Shown here: in pieces, positions 28,694-35,731 of the stretch
Position numbering within the stretch: position 1 is the stretch's first letter
Layout of the letters: each line of letters starts with the position of its first letter
Assembly (NCBI GenBank): GCA_025357235.1
Contig: JANXPQ010000002.1
Coordinates: 1 to 35,731, forward strand
Origin: Betaproteobacteria bacterium
GTDB lineage: Bacteria; Pseudomonadota; Gammaproteobacteria; Burkholderiales; JACQAP01
Direction of reading: 5' to 3'
DNA length: 35,731 nucleotides
The notes under the pieces: generated by a model
Seen by the model: only the letters and a program-made list of their open reading frames with translations
Database searches by the model: none
What the model was told of the DNA's origin: nothing
Made by a program: the position numbers and the translations under genes

Positions 28694-29929
28694 ATGTCTT
28701 CCCGCAACGAAAACCGCTCCTACTGGTTCGTCGTCCTGCTCGCCGCCGCATTATTGATGGTCACCATGGGATCGCGGCAGTCGCAGGGTCTGTTCCTGTC
28801 GCCGCTCAATACCTCCACGGGACTCGGCATCGCCACCATCAGCCTGGCCATGGCGATCGGCCAGTTCGTCTGGGGCGCCGTGCAGCCGATCGCGGGGGCG
28901 ATTGCCGACCGCTACGGTCCGGGACGCGTACTCGTCGGCGGCATCCTCCTGCTCGCGCTCGGCTCGGCGATCACGCCGCTCATGACGACCTCCATGGGCC
29001 TGATATTTTCGCTCGGCATCCTGGTGGCGGCGGGCGCGGGCGCGGGAAGCTTCTCGGTGTTGATCGGGTCGGCCGCGCGGCACATGCCGCCGGAAAAACG
29101 CGGCATGGCTGCCGGCATCATCAATGCCGGCGGATCGTTCGGGCAATTCGTATTCGCGCCGATCACGCAAGGCCTGATCGGCGCGCTGGGCTGGATGGGT
29201 GCGATGTGGTCGATCGCCGGGATCGCACTGGCCGCCCTGCCGATCACCCGCGCGCTGCGTGGCAAACCCGTGACCGCCGCGGAAGCTGCGCGCTCGGTGG
29301 CCGCCAATCCCGCCGACAAGGGCATGAAAGCTGCGCTGCGCGATGCGATGAAGGATCGCAGCTACCTGCTGCTGCACGCCGGATTCTTCACGTGCGGATT
29401 CCATATCGCCTTCCTGATCACGCATCTGCCGGGGGAAGTACAGTTGTGCGGACTTTCGGCGCAGGTGGCAAGCTGGTCGCTGGCGATCATCGGCCTGTCC
29501 AACATCGCGGGCAGCCTGCTGGCCGGCTGGGGAACGCAACGCTATCGCAGCAAATATATTCTGTTCTGGATGTACAGTTCGCGCGCGGTGCTGATCCTGA
29601 TCTATCTCGCCGCGCCTAAAACTGCGCTGACGTTCTATCTCTTTGCTGCGGGCCTCGGACTGACCTGGCTTGCGACCGTGCCGCCGACTGCCACCATCGT
29701 CGGCAAGCTGTTCGGCACCCGCTACCTGGCCACCCTCTTCGGCCTGACGCTGCTGTCCCACCAGATCGGCGCTTTCCTCGGCGCCTGGCTGGGCGGACTT
29801 GCCGTCGTCAACCTCGGTGACTACACGGTGATGTGGTACCTCGATGCCGGGCTCGCCACCTTTGCGGCCCTGGTCAACCTGCCCATCCGCGAAGTGCCGA
29901 TCGCGTCACCCAGGCTGCAGGCCGCCTGA
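28694..29929 (+). CDS. MFS transporter
   Basis: GAIADRYG, NAGGSFGQF, GFFTCGFH, WLATVPPT, SHQIGAFLG; 12-TM pattern. Confidence 0.92.
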   Translation: MSSRNENRSYWFVVLLAAALLMVTMGSRQSQGLFLSPLNTSTGLGIATISLAMAIGQFVWGAVQPIAGAIADRYGPGRVLVGGILLLALGSAITPLMTTSMGLIFSLGILVAAGAGAGSFSVLIGSAARHMPPEKRGMAAGIINAGGSFGQFVFAPITQGLIGALGWMGAMWSIAGIALAALPITRALRGKPVTAAEAARSVAANPADKGMKAALRDAMKDRSYLLLHAGFFTCGFHIAFLITHLPGEVQLCGLSAQVASWSLAIIGLSNIAGSLLAGWGTQRYRSKYILFWMYSSRAVLILIYLAAPKTALTFYLFAAGLGLTWLATVPPTATIVGKLFGTRYLATLFGLTLLSHQIGAFLGAWLGGLAVVNLGDYTVMWYLDAGLATFAALVNLPIREVPIASPRLQAA

Positions 29930-30002
29930 AACTTCAAGGGTTTCATCGAATCGCGTAAGATTCCCGGTCGCCGTCAATCACGGGCGCAATCCGGATTTCT
30001 TC

Positions 30003-30977
30003 ATGGCCGAGCAGGGCAACTGGGCGTTTCCGAAGGGCATGCAACCGCAGCAGGAGGAATTGCGGTTCGACCTGGACTCGGCGCTCGACGCAGTCGTGCA
30101 ACTGCGCTCGGAAATTCCCGAAGACGCCTTCACGGCCTCCATTCTCGGCACCGAACGCGCCGGCAACGGCATTGTCATCCGCGACAACGGCCTCGTCCTC
30201 ACCATTGGCTACCTCATTACCGAAGCCCGCAGCATCTGGCTGACGACCAATAGCGGCCTGGCGCTCGCCGGGTACCCGCTGGCTTACGACCAGGCCACCG
30301 GATTCGGGCTGGTGCAGCCGCTGGGCCGGCTGGGTGTATCGGCGCTGCCGCGCGGCAGCGCCTCCTCCTGCGCAATCGGTGACGACGTCATCGTCATCAG
30401 CCACGGCGGGCGGGCGCACGCATTGAAAGCGAAAATCACCTCCAAGCGCGAATTCGCCGGATATTGGGAATACGTGCTCGACGAGGCCGTGTTCACCGCG
30501 CCCGCGCATCCGCAATGGGCAGGTGCCGCGATAGTGGGAATGGATGGCCGGCTGCTCGGCATAGGCTCGCTGCTCGTGGAAGAGGCGTACGAGGGCAAAC
30601 AGGCGCAAGGCAACATGGTCGTGCCAATCGACCTGCTCGAACCGATCCTGGACGACATGCTGAAGTTCGGTGGCCCGAACCGCGCGCCGCGCCCGTGGCT
30701 GGGAATGTATGCGGCGCAAACGGGCAGCCAGGTCGTCGTCGGCGGACTGGCCGAGGCGGGCCCTGCACAACGTGCCGGCATCCGCCACGGCGACATTGTG
30801 CTCGAAGTTGCCGGCCAGCGCGTTGCATCCCTTGCGGACATGTTCCGCAGAATCTGGCAGCTCGGCGCCGCCGGCACGGCAATTCCACTGACGTTGGCCC
30901 GCGAAGGCTCGTTGCTCAACGTGAGCCTGCAATCGGTCGACCGCAACGACCTCCTCAAAAAACCTCAACTGCACTAA
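30003..30977 (+). CDS. S1C/trypsin-like domain plus PDZ protein
   Basis: GNGIVI, YDQATGFGLV, FAGYWEY, GRLLGIGSL, RPWLG, GPAQRAGIRHGD PDZ. Confidence 0.85.
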   Translation: MAEQGNWAFPKGMQPQQEELRFDLDSALDAVVQLRSEIPEDAFTASILGTERAGNGIVIRDNGLVLTIGYLITEARSIWLTTNSGLALAGYPLAYDQATGFGLVQPLGRLGVSALPRGSASSCAIGDDVIVISHGGRAHALKAKITSKREFAGYWEYVLDEAVFTAPAHPQWAGAAIVGMDGRLLGIGSLLVEEAYEGKQAQGNMVVPIDLLEPILDDMLKFGGPNRAPRPWLGMYAAQTGSQVVVGGLAEAGPAQRAGIRHGDIVLEVAGQRVASLADMFRRIWQLGAAGTAIPLTLAREGSLLNVSLQSVDRNDLLKKPQLH

Positions 30978-31020
30978 CCCCCTCACCCCAGCCCTCTCCC
31001 CCGCCACCGGGGGAGAGGGA
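30978..31020. repeat. REP-like hairpin between convergent genes
   Basis: CCCCCTCACCCCAG leader, then 12-bp perfect stem CCCTCTCCCCCG/CGGGGGAGAGGG (30992-31019). Confidence 0.8.
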
Positions 31021-31202
31021 GATGGAAAACCAGGCGACAGTTCGTCGCCGTCCGGCATTTCAGCTCCTTCTCTGCCCAGGGGAGGAACTCCGCCGACACG
31101 GCGTTGGCAGCGCCATCCGGGGCGGGCGGCGGAGCTTGGCACACTTCCCGCAATCGGCCGACTTTGTCGGTAACGTGTCCGTGTGCCCGGGGGATGAGGT
31201 GA

Positions 31203-33077
31203 TCAGCCGAACCCGAATCGCGCCGGCAGCCAGAGCGAAAACGCCGGTACGAATACGAGTACCAGGAGGGCGACGAACAGGACCGCGAGATACTTCGCCA
31301 TCGGCCCGATCACATCCTTCAGTTCGGTGCTGGTGATCGAGCAGGTGGCGAACAAACCCAGTCCGACCGGCGGGGAGAACAGCCCGAATCCCATCGCCAC
31401 CACCATGACGGTGCCGAAGTGCAGCGGCGAGACGCCGAGCTGCAGCGCGATCGGCGTCAACAGCGGCCCGAAGATGATCAGCGCCGGTGCCCCCTCGAGA
31501 ATCGCGCCGAATGCGATCATCAGCAGGGTCGAGGCGAGTACGAAGCCGTCGGCGCCGAAGCGGTGCCCCAGGTCCATCATGAACCCGGAAAGCTGCTGCG
31601 GGATCTGCTGGATGGTCAGCGCGAAGGACACGCTCGAAGCCGCCGCGACGATGAAAAGAATGCTGCCGGCCATCGACGCCGAGCGCACGAACAGGCGCAG
31701 CACGCTGTGCGCGTTCAGTTCGCGAAACGCCAGTCCGCCCACGACCAGCGCGTATGCCACCGCGAACGCGGACACTTCCGTCGACGTCGCGATGCCGGAC
31801 GTCACGCCTTTGCCGATCATCGCGATCATGACCAGTCCGACCAGTGCTCCGCCGATCAGCGGCACCATCGCCCGGCGCTTTTCGAACGCCGAGTCGGGAT
31901 CGATGCGCGAGCCGAAGGCGTAGGCCACCAGCGCGAGGGATAGCGCCATGAACGCCGCCGGCACCAGGCCGGCGATGAATAATCCGCCGATGGAAATGTT
32001 GGCGACGAACCCCATGATGATCATGTTGATGCAGGGCGGAATGGTTTCCGCCATGACTGCCGAGGCGGCCAGCAGCCCCGCGGCATCGTTCGGATCCTGC
32101 CGGGTGCGGCGTACCGCGGGCATGATGATGCCGCCAACGGCGGCGATGTCGGCGAGCTTCGAGCCGGACACGCCCGAAAAAAAAGCCGTCGCGGTGATGA
32201 TGATCAGGTTCAACCCGCCGCGCACGCGCCCGAACATGCGCAGCAACAATTCGATCAGCCGCGACGACATGCCGTTCGCCTCCATCAGCAGGCCGGCCAG
32301 CACGAAGAAGGGAATCGCCAGCAACACGAAATGATCCATGCCCGACAGCACCTGCTGCGAGTACACCAGCATCGGCAGCGAGGGATCGGCGAGAAAGTAA
32401 AGCAGCGCGGAAAACGCCAGCGCGAACGCGATCGGCAGGCCGGCGACGATGCTCAGCACGAAACCGGTGGCAAGCAGCATCATGGGTGTGGCCGCCTGCG
32501 CGGGCATTGCGGCATTCCAACTCCAGACTGCGGCGGCCATGACGACTGCCAAAGCCAGCGTGCCCCACACAGTCCCGCCCGGACCTTCGAGCGCACTGGC
32601 AATGCCGAACAGCAGCATGAGTGCGCTGCCGATCACGACCGGACCGATGTAGATCCACTGCGGCAGCCCGATCGGCGTAGTCTGGCCGCGCGAATCGGCG
32701 AACAGCGCGCAGGAAGACAGCAACAACGCAAGCGCAACTACGACGACGATCCAGTGGCAAAGCTGGATCAACACCGGGCGCCAGGCGGGAGGAAACAGGT
32801 TGCGGAAGCTGTCGATGCCGACATGCTGCGCGTGTGCCAGCGTCGTCGCCGCGCCGAGGAAGACCTGCATGCCCATCAGGGCGCGCGCAATTTCTTCCGC
32901 CCAGTCCACCGGATCGTGCAGGAAATAACGCCAGACGACCGAGCACAACACCACCAGCACGTCGGCGGCCAGCACCACGGCCGCGAAAATTTCCGTCGCG
33001 GCCAGCAGCCCGCCCAAGGCATGGTGCGCGGAGCGCGGCCTGGAAAACCGGGAGACGTAACTGGCGTTGTCTTTCAT
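31203..33077 (-). CDS. TRAP transporter fused small+large permease (DctQM)
   Basis: DctQ-like WAEEIAR and HVGID; DctM-like LLAIPFFVLAG, SGSKLAD, TIPP, TSTE, SPPVG. Confidence 0.92.
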   Translation of the reverse strand: MKDNASYVSRFSRPRSAHHALGGLLAATEIFAAVVLAADVLVVLCSVVWRYFLHDPVDWAEEIARALMGMQVFLGAATTLAHAQHVGIDSFRNLFPPAWRPVLIQLCHWIVVVVALALLLSSCALFADSRGQTTPIGLPQWIYIGPVVIGSALMLLFGIASALEGPGGTVWGTLALAVVMAAAVWSWNAAMPAQAATPMMLLATGFVLSIVAGLPIAFALAFSALLYFLADPSLPMLVYSQQVLSGMDHFVLLAIPFFVLAGLLMEANGMSSRLIELLLRMFGRVRGGLNLIIITATAFFSGVSGSKLADIAAVGGIIMPAVRRTRQDPNDAAGLLAASAVMAETIPPCINMIIMGFVANISIGGLFIAGLVPAAFMALSLALVAYAFGSRIDPDSAFEKRRAMVPLIGGALVGLVMIAMIGKGVTSGIATSTEVSAFAVAYALVVGGLAFRELNAHSVLRLFVRSASMAGSILFIVAAASSVSFALTIQQIPQQLSGFMMDLGHRFGADGFVLASTLLMIAFGAILEGAPALIIFGPLLTPIALQLGVSPLHFGTVMVVAMGFGLFSPPVGLGLFATCSITSTELKDVIGPMAKYLAVLFVALLVLVFVPAFSLWLPARFGFG

Positions 33078-33105
33078 GCAGCGTCCCCGCTTGCGCCGCG
33101 CTGGC

Positions 33106-34134
33106 CTAGCGTGCGGCGGCGACCGCCTGGAACAAGGGCTTCGTGGGCGGATACTGGTTCGCGAACGCTGGCCAGAGCTGCCTTTCCATCAGCTTGCGCA
33201 ACCCGTCGCGCTCCGGCTTCGCCATGGGATGGAAAACAATGCCCAGCTTCTTCAGTTCCTCGAACGCCGCGCGCCCCTTCTCCGCGGCCTGCGCGCGCTG
33301 ATACCGGCTCGCCTCCTGCGCCGCCTGCAGAAACGCCGGGCGGATGTCCGCGGCAATCTTGTCGAGCCCGCGCTTGCCGACTACGGCGACCATCGGCGGG
33401 AACAGATGCTCGGTCAGAAAACAGTGATGCGTCACTTCGTAGAGCTTGGTGGCGAGGACAGTCGAGGCGTCGTGCTCGAAGCCGTCGACCACGCCGGTCT
33501 GCACGGCGGTGTAAAGCTCGTTGAACGGGATCGGCGTGGGCACCGCACCCATGAGCTTGAAGGTATCGATGAAGGCGCTGGTCGGCAACACGCGCAGCTT
33601 CACGCCTTTCAGTTCCGCGAGCGATGTCACCGGCGCCTTGGTATAGACGCTGCGCGCTGCAAAGTGCGATCCCCATCCCATGATCGTGCACCCGGTGCGA
33701 TTGCGCAGGATTTCCGCGAGGCTCGCGCCCACACCTGCGTCGAGCGACCTGGCCATGTGCGCGTAGCTGTCGAACAAATAGCCCAGGTCCAGCATGCCGA
33801 ATTCGGGCGTTACCGTGGCCCAGATCGAGGAACCGGTCAGCATGATGTCGATCGAGCCGACCTTGACCTGCTGCACCACGTCGGCTTCCTTGCCGAGCTG
33901 GCTGTTCGGAAAAAAATCGGGCGTAAGCCGGGCACCCAGCGCGGTTTTCAGGTTGGCGGCGAAACGCTGGTACCAGATGTAGTGCGCCGAGTTCTGGTCA
34001 GCAGTCAGCGAAGAAGAAATGCGCAAGGCAATCGCATTGTCTGCGCGTGCCGTCACGGACAGTCCTGCTGCGGCCAATGCCGCCGTTGCCGAGGCGCCTG
34101 CAACAAAGCGTCGGCGCGACACCGATGTGGTCAT
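33106..34134 (-). CDS. TRAP substrate-binding protein (DctP) with Tat signal
   Basis: SRRRFV twin-arginine signal, FPNSQLG, LKGVKLRV, ELYTAVQTGVVDGFE; ATG overlaps the MFS stop (ATGA), AAGGA RBS. Confidence 0.92.
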   Translation of the reverse strand: MTTSVSRRRFVAGASATAALAAAGLSVTARADNAIALRISSSLTADQNSAHYIWYQRFAANLKTALGARLTPDFFPNSQLGKEADVVQQVKVGSIDIMLTGSSIWATVTPEFGMLDLGYLFDSYAHMARSLDAGVGASLAEILRNRTGCTIMGWGSHFAARSVYTKAPVTSLAELKGVKLRVLPTSAFIDTFKLMGAVPTPIPFNELYTAVQTGVVDGFEHDASTVLATKLYEVTHHCFLTEHLFPPMVAVVGKRGLDKIAADIRPAFLQAAQEASRYQRAQAAEKGRAAFEELKKLGIVFHPMAKPERDGLRKLMERQLWPAFANQYPPTKPLFQAVAAAR

Positions 34135-35396
34135 GTTCGTCCTTTGGGATAAGTGGCCAGGGGCATTTTTCTGCTTCTGCCGAGCAGCATCAATGCAATC
34201 GCCATGTTCACGAGATTGAAGGCAATGCCGTTCATGAATGCGGCCCGGTACGAACCGGTCAGGTCGAAGATCACGCCGGACATCCAGCCGCCCAGCGCCA
34301 TGCCCACCATGGTCGCGGTGAGCACGATGCCGATGCGCGTGCCGGCCTCCTTCGGCGAGAAATACTCGCGGATGATCATCGCATAAGACGGGACGATGCC
34401 GCCCTGGAACAGCCCGAACAGGGCCGAGATGACATAGAGCGAAGCGAGGCCGTCGAACGGCAGGAACAGAAACAGCGCGAAGCACTGCAGGCTCGACCCG
34501 ATCAGCAGCGTGCGCAATCCGCCGATGCGGTCGGAGATCCAGCCGAACACGAGGCGGCTGACGATGCCGCATGCAAGCAGCAGCGACAGCATCTGCGCGC
34601 CGCGCGCGGCGCCGTAACCAAGGTCCCCGCAATAGGCGACCAGGTGCACCTGCGGCATGGACATGGCGACACAGCAGCCTACGCCGGCGATGATCAGCAG
34701 GTTCTGCAATGCCAGCGGTGACATTCCCAGCGGACGAGCGCGGACTGCCAACACTTGCGTGGAGGCGGGTGCGTGGCCGTGTTCTCCCGGCGCCCGCCTG
34801 CGCAGCGTAAGCACCAGGGGAATCATGGTGGCCGCGCAGAAAATCGCGATGCCGAAGAAGGTGTGCCGCCATCCGCTGGTCTCGATGAAATGCTGCACCA
34901 CCGACGGCCACAGCGTTCCGGCGAGGTAGTTGCCGCTGGCGATGATGGCCACGGCGATGCCGCGCCTGCGGGCGAACCAGTGCGACGTATCGGCAAGCAG
35001 CGGCGAGAAGGTTGCCGAACTGCCGAAGCCGATGAGCAGGCCGTGCGCAATCGAGTATTGCCAGAGCGTGGAGGCCGAGGCGGCGGCGGCGTATCCAAGC
35101 GTGAGACAGAAGATGCCGATGATGACCGGGGCCAGGATCCCGAAACGATCCGACATCCGGCCCAGGACGATGCCGCCGACGCCGAAACCAAGCATCGTCA
35201 GCGTATAGGGAAGAGAGGCATCCGCGCGCGCCACCCCGAACTCGGCCTGCACCGCGGGCAACGCCACGACCACCGACCACATGCCGACCCCGCCGATGGT
35301 CGACAGGATCAGTGCCAGCACCAGCCGGGTCCACGCGTAAGTGGAATCCACCCCATCGCGCGCCACACCGCTGTTATTTTCTTGTTCGCTCCTCAC
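34131..35396 (-). CDS. MFS transporter
   Basis: GRMSDRFG, WFARRRGIA, CCVAMSMPQVH, GWISDRIG, DLTGSY; GTG start uncertain. Confidence 0.9.
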   Translation of the reverse strand: MRSEQENNSGVARDGVDSTYAWTRLVLALILSTIGGVGMWSVVVALPAVQAEFGVARADASLPYTLTMLGFGVGGIVLGRMSDRFGILAPVIIGIFCLTLGYAAAASASTLWQYSIAHGLLIGFGSSATFSPLLADTSHWFARRRGIAVAIIASGNYLAGTLWPSVVQHFIETSGWRHTFFGIAIFCAATMIPLVLTLRRRAPGEHGHAPASTQVLAVRARPLGMSPLALQNLLIIAGVGCCVAMSMPQVHLVAYCGDLGYGAARGAQMLSLLLACGIVSRLVFGWISDRIGGLRTLLIGSSLQCFALFLFLPFDGLASLYVISALFGLFQGGIVPSYAMIIREYFSPKEAGTRIGIVLTATMVGMALGGWMSGVIFDLTGSYRAAFMNGIAFNLVNMAIALMLLGRSRKMPLATYPKGRT

Positions 35397-35429
35397 CGGG
35401 GGGGATTGTGCCTGAATTACGAGAGAAGC

Positions 35430-35520
35430 GAGGTCAAAGCCAAACGGGGAAAGGGAAAAGTTCAGGGCTAACAGACCCTAAAGCAGCCTTCCTCTTTCAC
35501 CTTTTACCTTTCAACTTTCT
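35430..35520. repeat. Heptamer (GTGAAAG-like) inverted-repeat element, copy 2
   Basis: Reverse complement of 35494-35513 matches 20988-21007 at 19/20; purine-rich left arm. Confidence 0.7.
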
Positions 35521-35625
35521 CCTGATTTCTACAGTACGTTACAAAACTCCTGCAACCGGCCGCGTACCAATGCGTTAGAGCAGGCAGCACCATCCATTTC
35601 CAAGCCAAGCCAGGAGGGGCAGGTC

Positions 35626-35731
35626 ATGAACAAAATATCGATTGCGGTAGCAACCGTGCTAGCGATTACCCAAGTAAACGCTCACGCGTTCGAGGCGCTC
35701 GCCAATGTGGTTGGCGTATCGCCGATCACCG
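35626..35731 (+). CDS. 5' fragment of an exported protein, possibly YcfJ/glycine-zipper-like; runs off the window
   Basis: AGGAGG RBS; MNKISIAVATVLAITQVNAHA signal peptide then FEALANVVGVSPIT. Confidence 0.6.
   Translation, partial: MNKISIAVATVLAITQVNAHAFEALANVVGVSPIT

Noticed and set aside
33106-35334. 742-aa ORF suggesting a large DctP fusion
   Set aside because: The N-terminal 400 codons are an alternate frame of the MFS gene; the real start is the Tat-signal ATG at 34134 with an RBS.

Overview
High-GC, probably betaproteobacterial, chromosomal window. Bases 1-18.5 kb hold an essentially complete aerobic purine-catabolism and uptake cluster. On the minus strand are adenine/adenosine deaminase, a BMP-family binding protein, a Tsx/OmpK-type channel, allA, alc, uraD, puuE and a GntR regulator. 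On the plus strand are uraH, xdhA, xdhB, an ABC ATPase, two permeases, puuD and guaD; no xdhC is present in the window. Bases 18.5-35.7 kb are mixed housekeeping/accessory genes: a short threonine-dehydratase-like enzyme, an NlpE-like/META protein, DUF2237, PfkB kinase, AGE epimerase, three MFS transporters, an amidohydrolase, a thioesterase, MarR, an S1C/PDZ protein and a TRAP system. The most notable non-obvious signals are: (i) a ~350 bp element with perfect 21-bp terminal inverted repeats and five further nested stem pairs, inserted between xdhA and xdhB (probably an IS630-type MITE); (ii) apparent in-frame internal deletions in three nearby genes at 21.7-25 kb, including a 39-aa ORF that looks like the two ends of a methyltransferase; (iii) two sigma54-type promoters and a shared TGTATACA operator in the purine cluster; (iv) several families of short repeat/hairpin elements in intergenic gaps. 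No rRNA, tRNA, CRISPR array or transposase was seen, and I cannot support a wholly new multi-gene system. All product calls come from motif recognition, not database searches.
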